Below are positions 1 to 8,671 of a DNA stretch of 34,597 nucleotides, piece by piece. A program made the translations under genes and the position numbers. The notes under the pieces were generated by a model. That model was not told the origin of the DNA. It saw only the letters and a program-made list of their open reading frames with translations, and searched no databases. Origin of the DNA: an uncultured Bacteroidales bacterium (GTDB lineage Bacteria > Bacteroidota > Bacteroidia > Bacteroidales > CAZZDX01); NCBI GenBank assembly GCA_964653185.1, contig CAZZDX010000002.1, positions 1-34,597 on the forward strand, read 5' to 3'. Position 1 is the stretch's first letter. Each line of letters opens with the position of its first letter.

Positions 1-5
1 TGCAG

Positions 6-317
6 TTTACACTTTTTTGAAACTCTGAAAGAGTTTAATTTTAAATACCACAGGTGTAACCTGTGGTATTTAACTAATCATATTAATATCAATCCTGAAA
101 GGATTGAATAGAAAAATAATTATTATGTTAGTTTTATTCAATCAGGCAACCGCCTGATTGTAACATGACTTATTATTTCTTTAACTCCGCATTTCACCCC
201 GTAGGTCATATGACCAACGGGGTAAATACGGAGTTATTAATATTTTTCCCCTTTGGGGGAATTCAGTAATCAAAAAAAGTGTAAACCCCGTAGGTAGTAT
301 TACCAACGGGGTAAACT
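6..317. repeat. Cluster of at least seven different REP-like palindromic hairpins bracketed by a 14-nt inverted repeat
   Basis: Stems read directly: 20-36 (aaactc/gagttt, loop tgaaa); 43-71 (12-bp stem aaataccacagg/cctgtggtattt); 89-107 (tcaatcc/ggattga, same tgaaa loop); 139-160 (caatcaggc/gcctgattg). Also 182-236 (outer taactccgcattt/aaatacggagtta enclosing ccccgtaggtcat/atgaccaacgggg); 246-261 (ttcccc/ggggaa); 286-311 (ccccgtaggta/taccaacgggg). tttacacttttttg at 6-19 is the reverse complement of 271-285, apart from one extra a in the 271-285 copy. Confidence 0.75.
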
Positions 318-356
318 ACTTTTATACGGTTTTGAAAAATGCCACTTTGGTTTCAT

Positions 357-683
357 CTAAAATTCTTTTCCGAAAAAATTTGATATATCAAAATATATAT
401 TTCTCTCAATGCCGTCTGCGGTTTTAAAGGTCAAAATGTCATAGGGTTTTTTCTTATACTCATTCAGTGACTGCATTATCATTTTATATCCGGGATAGTT
501 TTCAGTTAACCATTCATACTCAGCCATAATTGATTTTACAATTATGGCTTTTTCATAGGATGATCCATCTCGCTGCACTATTTCTTTTATTTTTGAGTTA
601 GATTCATCACTTGATACATTTTTTGTAGAGGAACATGCCACTAAAAATGAAATACATAATAGAAATAATGCAATTTTTTTCAT
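357..683 (-). CDS. Small lipoprotein of unknown function
   Basis: 108-aa ORF with ATG at 683-681. The N-terminus MKKIALFLLCISFLVAC has a signal peptide plus lipobox Cys. No catalytic motif recognised. Confidence 0.7.
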   Translation of the reverse strand: MKKIALFLLCISFLVACSSTKNVSSDESNSKIKEIVQRDGSSYEKAIIVKSIMAEYEWLTENYPGYKMIMQSLNEYKKKPYDILTFKTADGIERNIYFDISNFFGKEF

Positions 684-881
684 CTTTTTTATTTTACTAT
701 ATGTTTTGTTATTATTTGGTTTATATTGTCAAATTTTTTATAAAAATTTATCAGAGTTTATAAATCAATAGTTTTAGTTTTTTTTAAAAATGTTGTAAAT
801 CAATGCATTACAAACTTCGTTCAAGAAGTATAATTTTAATATTTTTTGTATATTTAGTTACGAATAAATTTTATGTAATTT

Positions 882-2129
882 TTAATATGATTCTTTGCCA
901 AATCTAACTTTAATTCCTTTTTTCATCATTTTTTTCCCATCTTTGGATGCTTGTAAGCTTTTGTAATATATAACATCTCCAATTTTTTCAGCATTAGCGA
1001 TTCTGTCTTCTTCAGGCAAGAAATATGCTTCCATTGTATCAAAATCTCTGCTTGTTCCGTCGCTTTCATATTTGAATGTAATATTAGTTCCATTTTCCAA
1101 TACTTTAAAAGCATTGTCAGTCCAGTTAAAATTAGCTATTCCGAGGTCAGGGTTAATACGAATATGAGCAGAAAGAGTAATACCTTTTATCCTACTTTCT
1201 TCAAGTTCTTTTGCACATTGAATAAATGTTTCAGCACTTAATGCATTTCCAAGATTGATTTCATAAATAGGTGAAGTCATATCATCCCGCAGATATTCAT
1301 TTATAATATTTAGTATCATTCTAAACTGCATTGTATTTTGAGCAGAAAGCAGCATAGATATTTTGATATTAATATTTGGTATATCCCTGCCAAAATAACA
1401 GACAGCTACAATTGTGCTCCAGCTTGGGTTTAGGAAGAAGTTTGCACCAGTAGTCATTGCTGCACGTGTTATTCCATCAAGATAAACAAGATGATTATCA
1501 TTTCCTACTTCAATACCACCAAAATTACCAAAAAATGTTCCCTGATTTTTTAATACCAACTGTGATAAATCATTATCCAAAGAAATTCTTTCAAAATTTT
1601 TGCCGGTAATTTTTTCTATTCTTTTAAATCTATGTTCGGGGCAAGGTATTCCTATTAGGTTTGTACTACAAAATTTTGAAGCTTTCATAATGTTTTCAGC
1701 CATTGCAAGAGTTGCCATCAAGTTGCCATTATAAACATAATCTTCGGTAAGTGCAACAACAGATATCATTTCGCAAGGAATAAATACCGGCTCATCAGTA
1801 TTAGCACTTTTAGCAATTTTTTTCATACAATGATATATAACTCTTGCACCCTGAAAGCCGGATACCTGACTTGTAGCTGTTCCAAAATTATCATTATATG
1901 AAATATTATTTTCTTTTTCAAAATCACTAACTTTTGGGAATTGTTTTACTAATTTTTCAGCGTGTTCAATCATTTTGCTATATTCTTGTTTAGGGGCAAG
2001 AATTTTTTTGCGTGTTTCAAAGTTACGCATTTTTTCAATAGTTTTGACAATTTCTTTTGCTCCGCCATAAGATTCCTTTAATAAATCAATGGCTTTTATA
2101 TCTTTATCAGATAATAATTTGAATTTCAT
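882..2129 (-). CDS. Hypothetical protein (415 aa), no assignable family
   Basis: Long uninterrupted ORF with ATG at 2129-2127, preceded by AGGAG (rc of 2137-2141) with a 7-nt spacer. I could recognise no P-loop, cofactor or metal-binding signature. The nested 62-aa ORF 926..1114 is ignored. Confidence 0.7.
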   Translation of the reverse strand: MKFKLLSDKDIKAIDLLKESYGGAKEIVKTIEKMRNFETRKKILAPKQEYSKMIEHAEKLVKQFPKVSDFEKENNISYNDNFGTATSQVSGFQGARVIYHCMKKIAKSANTDEPVFIPCEMISVVALTEDYVYNGNLMATLAMAENIMKASKFCSTNLIGIPCPEHRFKRIEKITGKNFERISLDNDLSQLVLKNQGTFFGNFGGIEVGNDNHLVYLDGITRAAMTTGANFFLNPSWSTIVAVCYFGRDIPNINIKISMLLSAQNTMQFRMILNIINEYLRDDMTSPIYEINLGNALSAETFIQCAKELEESRIKGITLSAHIRINPDLGIANFNWTDNAFKVLENGTNITFKYESDGTSRDFDTMEAYFLPEEDRIANAEKIGDVIYYKSLQASKDGKKMMKKGIKVRFGKESY

Positions 2130-2293
2130 AATTTTTCTCCTTTTATTTTTAATTTTTAACAGATAAATTTATTTATAATAATTTTATATGGTTTTTGTAA
2201 AAAAACTTTATATTACATCAATGTTCGATAAGTATTCCGACTTGTCGGAATAACTCATTTATTTATAAATATTTAGCAAATATATAAAAAAAA

Positions 2294-2529
2294 ATAATTT
2301 CAAAATTTGTAACTGTTCAGTTTATCAGAAATATTTACCCGGTTGATATATTATCTACGAGATTAATCAGGCATTCGTCAGTAGCCGAACTTGACTGCCT
2401 GACCTGACTGGTAGTAGAGAAACAAAAACTTGTTCGGCTACTGACGAATTTTGTGTCTCTACATTTTCCGATAAATACAGTTGAAAATTCCGATAAAAGT
2501 CGGAAAATGTTCCATTGACGAAATATCAG
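2294..2529. repeat. Direct repeat copy A (about 190-bp unit plus an extra insertion), left of the RAYT remnant
   Basis: 2294-2366 matches 3103-3175 with 4 mismatches by eye. 2451-2529 matches 3212-3290 with 2 mismatches. The unit begins with tttgtaactgttca, which resembles the MITE terminus at 15245-15262. Confidence 0.8.
2367..2449. repeat. tcaggc...gcctga REP-like element (long form) inserted in repeat copy A, with an inverted partial second copy
   Basis: tcaggcattcgtcagtagccgaacttgactgcctga (2367-2402) is nearly identical to 32486-32521. attcgtcagtagccgaac (2373-2390) is the exact reverse complement of gttcggctactgacgaat (2432-2449). This segment is absent from copy B. Confidence 0.7.
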
Positions 2530-2661
2530 AACTCCTAACCCTAAACTTGAATATTAACAAGTTAGAAGTTTTTGTTCGTGAAGTAGATTTGTCGTACTTT
2601 TCTGTTTTTAATTCGTAATCATGTCGTTTGACGATATTTTATCGGCTAATTTTAATTACCT

Positions 2662-2689
2662 CCCGACAGGTCGCGTAGCACCTGTTGGG
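2662..2689 (+). repeat. REP hairpin (type II), left member of the inverted pair flanking RAYT remnant 1
   Basis: cccgacaggtcgcgtagcacctgttggg is the exact reverse complement of 3052-3079. Internally, arm cccgacagg pairs with cctgttggg with one G:T wobble. Confidence 0.85.
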
Positions 2690-2703
2690 TATATATTAAA
2701 ACG

Positions 2704-3048
2704 CTATTCTGTTTCAAGTTCTATCTGTTTTAAATGGCAGTATATAAAGTTTTGCAAATCCCCGAACAAATTAATTATTTCTTTTCTTGGAATTAAGGTT
2801 TGTTGTAACCCAACCAATGCCTGATAGGATGAATATTTCCAATCATCGCATTTATTGGAGAATCCGGCTTTCACTGGATTCTGATGAATATAACAAATTA
2901 ATTTTCTCAAATATTCCATGTCGTCAATTTCTTTTCTCCTGAAAGTTCGTTTGAACAAAGTACCGGTTCGGTTTTTTCAAAAGTTATAATGCTTTGTGTA
3001 GGTATTGAAAAAAATAGAAAAAATTTGGCTCAACGCTTTATCTATTTC
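2704..3048 (-). pseudogene. IS200-like / REP-associated tyrosine transposase (RAYT) remnant, C-terminal half only, with an in-frame stop
   Basis: The minus-strand frame reads ...ALSQIFSIFFNTYTKHYNF*KNRTGTLFKRTFRRKEIDDMEYLRKLICYIHQNPVKAGFSNKCDDWKYSSYQ... The YIHxNPVKAG and W-YSSY motifs are typical of the Y1 (PF01797-type) transposase C-terminus. There is an in-frame TGA at 2979-2977. The HUH-containing N-terminal half is absent and the frame runs into the REP at 3052. Confidence 0.7.
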
Positions 3049-3051
3049 CAA

Positions 3052-3079
3052 CCCAACAGGTGCTACGCGACCTGTCGGG
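3052..3079 (-). repeat. REP hairpin (type II), right member of the inverted pair
   Basis: cccaacaggtgctacgcgacctgtcggg is the reverse complement of 2662-2689, 28/28. Confidence 0.85.
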
Positions 3080-3102
3080 TGGTTGGGTCAGTGAAAAAAA
3101 AA

Positions 3103-3290
3103 TTAATTTCAAAATTTGTAACTGTTCAGTTTATCAGAAATATTTACCTAGTTGATATATTATTTACGAGGTTAATAATTTGTTGCTGGTAGTAGTAAGA
3201 GACACAAAATTTTGTGTCTCTACATTTTTCGATAAATACAGTTGAAAATTCCGATAAAAGTCGGAAAATGTTCCATTGACGAAATATTAG
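3103..3290. repeat. Direct repeat copy B, right of the RAYT remnant
   Basis: Matches copy A (see 2294-2529). The centre carries an intact 12-bp palindrome agagacacaaaa/ttttgtgtctct (3199-3222) that is disrupted in copy A. Confidence 0.8.
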
Positions 3291-3314
3291 GGTCTATGTT
3301 AAATGTCAGTGATT

Positions 3315-5477
3315 TTATTTATTGTTTTTTCTTGATTCTATCAGGATATTAAGCATTTTAATTCCACATTCAGATATTACAGTTCCTGGTCCAAAGATAG
3401 CTATTACTCCTGCGTCATATAGGAATTGATAGTCCTGTGGAGGGATAACTCCGCCAGCAACTACCATAATATCATCTCTTCCTGATTTTTTAAGTTCTTT
3501 AATAACTTGTGGTATTAATGTCTTATGTCCTGCTGCCAAACTTGATATTCCGAGTATATGAACGTCATTTTCAACAGCTTGTTGTGCTGCTTCTTTTGGC
3601 GTTTGAAACAGAGGTCCAATATCTACATCAAAGCCCATATCAGCATGTGCTGTTGCAACAACTTTTGCTCCTCTGTCATGACCATCTTGTCCCATTTTAG
3701 CAATCATTATTCTTGGTCTGCGTCCTTCTAATTTTTCAAATTCGTCGGCTAATTTTCTGGCTTTTGCAAAGCCCTTATCATTTGATATTTCCATAGAGTA
3801 AATTCCTGATATTGAACGTATACTAGCTTTATATCTACCGAATATTTTTTCGCAAGCTAATGATATTTCTCCTAATGTAGCACGTTTACGAGCTGCATCA
3901 ACAGAAAGTTCTAATAAATTACCTTTTCCTGTTTTACATGCATGAGTGATATTTTCCAAAGCTTTCTGAACTTGAGCATTATTACGTTCTTGTTTTAGTT
4001 TTTTTAGTCGTGTCAGTTGTGCTTCACGCACAGCAGTGTTATCTACTTCAAGGATGTCAATAGGAGCTTCTTTTTTAAGTTTATATTTATTGATTCCTAC
4101 AATAGTTTCTTTCCCGGAGTCAATACGGGCTTGTTTTCGTGCTGATGCCTCTTCTATACGCATTTTTGGTATGCCTGTTTCAATAGCTTTAGCCATACCG
4201 CCGAGTTTTTCAATTTCTTCAATTAATTTCCATGCTTTATGAGCAATTTCATTAGTTAAAAATTCAATATAATAAGAGCCGGCCCAAGGGTCAACGGATT
4301 TACATATATTGGTTTCTTTTTGCAGATATATCTGTGTATTACGTGCTATTCTTGCCGAAAAGTCAGTTGGTAAGGCAATAGCTTCGTCCAAAGCATTAGT
4401 ATGAAGTGATTGAGTATGACCAAGGACTGCTGACATAGCTTCAATGCATGTTCTGGCAATGTTATTATAAGGATCTTGTGCTGTCAAGCTCCATCCTGAA
4501 GTTTGGCAATGTGTTCTCAGGGATAATGATTTTGGATTTTTAGGGTTAAACTGCTTAACAATTTTAGCCCATAACATTCTTGCTGCCCGTAATTTGGCTA
4601 TTTCCATAAAATGGTTCATTCCTATGCCCCAAAAGAATGATATTCTTGGTGCAAAAGCATCAATATTTATTCCTGCTTTAATTCCTGTGCGCAGATAATC
4701 TAATCCGTCAGCTAAGGTATAAGCCAGTTCAATATCAGCAGTTGCTCCTGCTTCCTGTATATGATATCCGCTAATGCTTATAGAGTTAAATTTGGGCATT
4801 TTTTTAGAAGTAAATTCAAAAATGTCAGTAATAATTTTCATTGAAGGTAATGGTGGATATATATATGTGTTGCGGACCATAAATTCTTTTAAAATATCAT
4901 TTTGAATAGTGCCAATCAGTTTTTCTACAGGAACGCCTTGTTCTTCAGCTGCAACAATATAAAAAGCCATAATAGGCAATACAGCACCGTTCATAGTCAT
5001 TGACACAGACATTTTATCAAGTGGTATCTGGTCAAACAGTATTTTCATATCTAATATAGAGTCAATAGCTACGCCTGCTTTTCCTATATCACCGATAACG
5101 CGTTCATTGTCAGAGTCATAGCCGCGGTGTGTTGCCAGGTCAAAAGCAACAGATAAGCCCTTTTGTCCTGCTGCCAGGTTTCTTCTGTAAAAGGCATTTG
5201 ATTCTTCAGCAGTAGAAAATCCTGCATATTGACGTATGGTCCAGGGTTTTATAACATACATTGTTGAGTAAGGTCCTCGTAAAAAAGGAGCAATGCCAGC
5301 AGCATAGTTCAGATGTTCCATTTCTTTTAAATCAGAAGCACCATAAACAGGTTTGACATTAATTTGTTCAGATGTCATCCATTGTTTTTTATTTCCGATT
5401 TTTTTCTCCCATTCGTTAAAAGGAACAGATTCTTTCAGATTAAGTTTATAATCTATATTTTTAAAATTTGGTCGCAT
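3315..5477 (-). CDS. scpA: Methylmalonyl-CoA mutase, single chain with catalytic TIM-barrel and C-terminal B12-binding domain
   Basis: 720 aa. Contains the FLRGPY and RQYAGF motifs, ISISGYH, and the C-terminal cobalamin-binding DxHxxG ([13 protein letters not shown]) with GGVIP. Confidence 0.95.
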   Translation of the reverse strand: MRPNFKNIDYKLNLKESVPFNEWEKKIGNKKQWMTSEQINVKPVYGASDLKEMEHLNYAAGIAPFLRGPYSTMYVIKPWTIRQYAGFSTAEESNAFYRRNLAAGQKGLSVAFDLATHRGYDSDNERVIGDIGKAGVAIDSILDMKILFDQIPLDKMSVSMTMNGAVLPIMAFYIVAAEEQGVPVEKLIGTIQNDILKEFMVRNTYIYPPLPSMKIITDIFEFTSKKMPKFNSISISGYHIQEAGATADIELAYTLADGLDYLRTGIKAGINIDAFAPRISFFWGIGMNHFMEIAKLRAARMLWAKIVKQFNPKNPKSLSLRTHCQTSGWSLTAQDPYNNIARTCIEAMSAVLGHTQSLHTNALDEAIALPTDFSARIARNTQIYLQKETNICKSVDPWAGSYYIEFLTNEIAHKAWKLIEEIEKLGGMAKAIETGIPKMRIEEASARKQARIDSGKETIVGINKYKLKKEAPIDILEVDNTAVREAQLTRLKKLKQERNNAQVQKALENITHACKTGKGNLLELSVDAARKRATLGEISLACEKIFGRYKASIRSISGIYSMEISNDKGFAKARKLADEFEKLEGRRPRIMIAKMGQDGHDRGAKVVATAHADMGFDVDIGPLFQTPKEAAQQAVENDVHILGISSLAAGHKTLIPQVIKELKKSGRDDIMVVAGGVIPPQDYQFLYDAGVIAIFGPGTVISECGIKMLNILIESRKNNK

Positions 5478-5500
5478 ATTATATTAGAGTATTAAATTTT

Positions 5501-5586
5501 ATCAGGCATTCGTTCCGATAAATGTCCCGATAAATGCGGGATTTACAACGAAATTTGCAGTCAGTAGCCGAACTTGACCGCCTGAT
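5501..5586. repeat. tcaggc...gcctga REP-like element carrying a nested insertion
   Basis: atcaggcattcgt (5501-5513) and tcagtagccgaacttgaccgcctgat (5561-5586) are the two halves of the 2367-2402 / 32486-32521 element. They are split by about 47 nt containing ccgataaat twice, a word also found in repeat copies A and B. Confidence 0.65.
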
Positions 5587-5656
5587 TATGTATTTATTTA
5601 TGGTATAATATAGTAAACATTTTTGACAAATATACGAGTTACAAAAATTTTAATTA

Positions 5657-5689
5657 CAAAAAAACCTGTTTGACTTAACAAACAGGTTT
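5657..5689 (-). terminator. Rho-independent terminator after rplI
   Basis: 11-bp stem aaacctgtttg / caaacaggttt (5662-5672 / 5679-5689) with a 6-nt loop. On the minus strand it is followed by a run of 7 T (rc of a5658-a5664). It lies about 35 nt after the rplI stop. Confidence 0.75.
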
Positions 5690-5724
5690 ATCAAACAGTT
5701 TAGATATATAATTTTGTATAAATT

Positions 5725-6174
5725 TTATTCGGCAACAACTTCAAAAGATAGATCAACAGTTATATCTTTATATAAATCAATTTTTGCAGTATAAGTGCCT
5801 AATTTTTTAATATTTTCAGAGTCCAAAGCAATTTTTTTTCTGTCAATTTCTATATCACATTGTTTTTTAATAGCTTCAGAAATCTGGATATTATTAACAG
5901 AGCCAAAGATTTTGCCGGAAGTTCCAACTTTAGCGCCTATTTTAATAGAAACATCTTTAAGTGTTTGGACAACAGTTTGGGCTTGTTTTTCTATTTTTTC
6001 TTCTTTAAAAGCTTTTTGTTTTAAATCTTCTTTAAGAATTTTTTTATTGGTCTCTGTTGCTAAAGTAGCTATTTTTTTTGGTATAAGATAATTTCTACCA
6101 TAGCCATTTTTTACATTAACAACATCATTTTTATATCCTAAATTACGGATATTTTTTTTTAAAATCACTTCCAT
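5725..6174 (-). CDS. rplI: 50S ribosomal protein L9
   Basis: 149 aa. N-terminus MEVILKKNIRNLGYKNDVVNVKNGYGRNYLIPKKIA is typical of L9. AGGAG (rc of 6183-6187) lies 8 nt upstream of the ATG. Confidence 0.95.
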   Translation of the reverse strand: MEVILKKNIRNLGYKNDVVNVKNGYGRNYLIPKKIATLATETNKKILKEDLKQKAFKEEKIEKQAQTVVQTLKDVSIKIGAKVGTSGKIFGSVNNIQISEAIKKQCDIEIDRKKIALDSENIKKLGTYTAKIDLYKDITVDLSFEVVAE

Positions 6175-6185
6175 TATATTTTCTC

Positions 6186-6458
6186 CTATTTTAATAAATC
6201 TCCAACATAAGGTAAAATAGCCAAATGTCTGGCTCTCTTAACAGCAACCGAGACCTTTCTTTGATATTTTAATGATGTCCCGGTAATCCTTCTTGGTAAA
6301 ATTTTGCCTTGTTCATTTAAAAATTTCATAAGAAAATCAGCATTTTTATAATCTATATATTTTATACCACTTTTCTTAAAACGACAATATTTTTTCTTTT
6401 TAACATCAACTAAAACCGGTGTTAAATATCTTACATCATCTTGTGAATTTTGTGTCAT
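6186..6458 (-). CDS. rpsR: 30S ribosomal protein S18
   Basis: 90 aa. Contains IDYKN...LPRRITG...RHLAILPY, and sits in the rpsF-rpsR-rplI order. Confidence 0.95.
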   Translation of the reverse strand: MTQNSQDDVRYLTPVLVDVKKKKYCRFKKSGIKYIDYKNADFLMKFLNEQGKILPRRITGTSLKYQRKVSVAVKRARHLAILPYVGDLLK

Positions 6459-6470
6459 TTTATTTTATAA

Positions 6471-6860
6471 TTATTTAATTGTTTTTAAAACTTTTTTATC
6501 ATCTTTCGTCAGGCGATTGCCTGATTCTCTATCTTTCTCCTTACGTGTCTTTTCAGCAAAAGCAATAGAATGTTTATCCATTTTAATTGTAAGAAAACGT
6601 AATATCTTTTCATCTCTTTTAAATTCAGATTCTAATTCTGAAATAGTATCGCCTTTAGCTTCAAATTCAATAAGATAATAAAAACCTGTTGCCTTTTTTT
6701 TGATTGGATAAGCTAACTTACGCAATCCCCAACTGTCTGTATAAATAATTTTAGAATCTTTTTCTTTTAGAATCTTTTTAAACTTATCTGCTGTTTCTTT
6801 CATCTGTTTTTCAGACAAAACCGGAGTCATAACGAAAACGGCCTCATAGTGATTTAGCAT
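6471..6860 (-). CDS. rpsF: 30S ribosomal protein S6, with a lengthened basic C-terminal tail
   Basis: 129 aa. It starts MLNHYEAVFV... and contains RFLT. The tail includes a tcaggc/gcctga palindrome (6509-6524). Confidence 0.92.
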   Translation of the reverse strand: MLNHYEAVFVMTPVLSEKQMKETADKFKKILKEKDSKIIYTDSWGLRKLAYPIKKKATGFYYLIEFEAKGDTISELESEFKRDEKILRFLTIKMDKHSIAFAEKTRKEKDRESGNRLTKDDKKVLKTIK

Positions 6861-6911
6861 TATTCTGTATTTTGAAATTTGTTAATATTTTAATTTTTAA
6901 AAATAAAAATG

Positions 6912-6942
6912 CAAAGATAAAAATTTTATTCTAATTTACAAA
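6912..6942 (-). promoter_or_regulatory. Candidate Bacteroidetes sigma-A promoter for rpsF-rpsR-rplI
   Basis: The minus strand reads TTTG (6942-6939), then a 19-nt spacer, then TATCTTTG (6919-6912). This is an exact fit to the -33 TTTG / -7 TAnnTTTG consensus. The -7 box ends about 51 nt upstream of the rpsF ATG. Confidence 0.5.
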
Positions 6943-7093
6943 AAAAATTATTTAATCATTTTTTTTATTTTTATTGTTGTCTGTTCATAAAGTCGCCGAT
7001 AAACCGTTAAAATGGTTATTTTATATTATTAAATATCATTAATATTTTTTTTATTCGTTAAACGCTGACAGGTTTACTCAACTTTTATTTCAT

Positions 7094-7140
7094 AACTCAT
7101 AATTCATAATTCCTTTTACTTTTGCATTTTGCATTTAAAT
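7094..7140. repeat. Short heptamer array using the same words as the dcw arrays
   Basis: aactcat aattcat aattcct ... tttgcat tttgcat. The first words are identical to 27345-27365. Confidence 0.6.
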
Positions 7141-7144
7141 AATA

Positions 7145-7771
7145 TTATTCAGTATATAAATATTTTATATTTAGTTTGTCAATTCTTTTAAACATTTCAT
7201 AAGTTTTATTTGAATCATTTTTTCTAACCAAAAAAGTTATTTTACAATCCAGTTCAAACTTATGTGATAATTGTTTTATCTTATTGTCTTTAATGACTTT
7301 CATAACATCATTCATAGCTGCATAGTCATAGCTTATTTCATAAACATCACTTACTATTTTTGTAATTATTTCTGCATTATCAAGAGCATTTTTACTGGCA
7401 GTTCTAAATGCATTAATCAAACCCGGAATGCCTAATTTTATTCCACCGAAATAACGAACAACGACAATTAAAATATTAGTTAAATCCTTGGAACGTATTT
7501 GTCCGAATATTTGTTTACCTGCTGTGCCTGATGGTTCGCCTCCATCACTAATACGATATATTGATTTGTAAAAACCCAACTGGTAAGCAAAACAAAGATG
7601 CCTTGCATCATGATGTTTATTTTGTAAATTATCTAAATATTTTTTTACTTCTTTTTCTTTTTTTACAGGAATAGCATAAGAAATAAATCTGCTTCCCCGT
7701 GCTTTAAACAATCCTTCAGAAATCACATTAATTGTTTTATATCTATCATCAAACATTTTAAAATATATCAA
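7145..7771 (-). CDS. yigZ: YigZ / IMPACT (UPF0029) family protein
   Basis: 208 aa. Contains GSRFI, HDARHLCFAY, DGGEPSGTAG and VVVRYFGGIKLG. The true start may be the Met at codon 6. Confidence 0.85.
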   Translation of the reverse strand: MIYFKMFDDRYKTINVISEGLFKARGSRFISYAIPVKKEKEVKKYLDNLQNKHHDARHLCFAYQLGFYKSIYRISDGGEPSGTAGKQIFGQIRSKDLTNILIVVVRYFGGIKLGIPGLINAFRTASKNALDNAEIITKIVSDVYEISYDYAAMNDVMKVIKDNKIKQLSHKFELDCKITFLVRKNDSNKTYEMFKRIDKLNIKYLYTE

Positions 7772-7848
7772 TATTTATGCAAAAACAAAAATACCATTTT
7801 ATGTTTAAAAAAATCAGTAAATAAATAATTTTATAAGAAATTTCTCAT

Positions 7849-7856
7849 TATCTTTG
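7849..7856 (+). promoter_or_regulatory. Possible -7 box (TATCTTTG) for the CCG-domain gene
   Basis: TATCTTTG ends 18 nt before the ATG at 7874. There is no clean TTTG at -33. Confidence 0.3.
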
Positions 7857-7873
7857 TTTTTATTTAAATTATT

Positions 7874-8593
7874 ATGACAATAGACCTTTTTATTCCATGT
7901 TTTATTGACCAGTTTTCGCCTGAGACAGCTATAAATACAGTTAAGATTTTAGAAAAATTAAATATAAAAGTAAATTATAATATTGAACGTACCTGTTGTG
8001 GACAATTGGCTTTTAATAGTGGGTTTTGGGATGATGCAAAAAAAATAGGAGAAAAGTTTATAAAGAATTTTTCAAACAACAGATATGTTGTTTCTCCATC
8101 TGCTTCTTGTGTGGCAATGGTAAAAAATTATTATACTGAACTATTTCATAATACTGCTTTACATAATGAATCTAAACAGTTGCAAGCTAATATATATGAA
8201 CTAACTGATTTTTTGGTAAACGTGTTAGATGTAGTTGATTTAGGTGCCAGTTTTAATGGAATAGTTACATATCACGATCCTTGTATAGCTACGAAAGAAT
8301 ATGGAATAAAAAATGAAGCCCGTGAATTATTAAAGCAAGTCAAAGGTCTTGAACTTCGCGAAATGAAAGAAAGCAACTCATGTTGTGGCTTTGAAAATGT
8401 ATTCTCTCTTAAATATGAACCAATATCTGTTGCTCTTGCTGAACAAAAAGTACAAAATGCTATTGATACAGGTGCTAATTATATTACTTCAACAGAACCA
8501 TTACATCTTATGCATTTAAATTCATATATAAAAAAACATAACACTAACATAAAAACTATTAATATAGCTGATATTATATCTTCAGGATTGTAA
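7874..8593 (+). CDS. (Fe-S)-binding CCG-domain protein (LutA/GlpC-like)
   Basis: 239 aa with two cysteine-rich CCG repeats (FIPCF...TCCGQ...ASC; HDPC...SCCGF). In the second repeat, where I would expect the last Cys, the sequence reads EPLHLMH. Confidence 0.8.
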   Translation: MTIDLFIPCFIDQFSPETAINTVKILEKLNIKVNYNIERTCCGQLAFNSGFWDDAKKIGEKFIKNFSNNRYVVSPSASCVAMVKNYYTELFHNTALHNESKQLQANIYELTDFLVNVLDVVDLGASFNGIVTYHDPCIATKEYGIKNEARELLKQVKGLELREMKESNSCCGFENVFSLKYEPISVALAEQKVQNAIDTGANYITSTEPLHLMHLNSYIKKHNTNIKTINIADIISSGL

Positions 8594-8671
8594 TATCAAA
8601 CTGTTTTGAACTTATCAGGATAATTTACTGATAATTATTGATAATATACAAAAACACTTACAAAATTAGAA

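Noticed and set aside
271-311. REP hairpin 286-311 acting as the terminator of the lipoprotein gene
   Set aside because: On the minus strand the stem is followed by tttacacttttttt, so the T-run is separated from the stem by 7 nt. That is not a canonical intrinsic terminator, so I left it unannotated.
2621-3192. ORFs 2621..2824 (+) and 2989..3192 (+)
   Set aside because: Both run across the REP hairpins and repeat copy B. The PTGRVAPVG peptide appears only because the inverted REP is read on either strand, so these are artefacts of the repeats.
5478-5724. Cobalamin riboswitch upstream of the B12-dependent mutase; TPP riboswitch upstream of thiL (17971-18150)
   Set aside because: I could not find the conserved B12-box or the TPP CUGAGA core. 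Both regions are explained by REP-like and tandem repeats instead.
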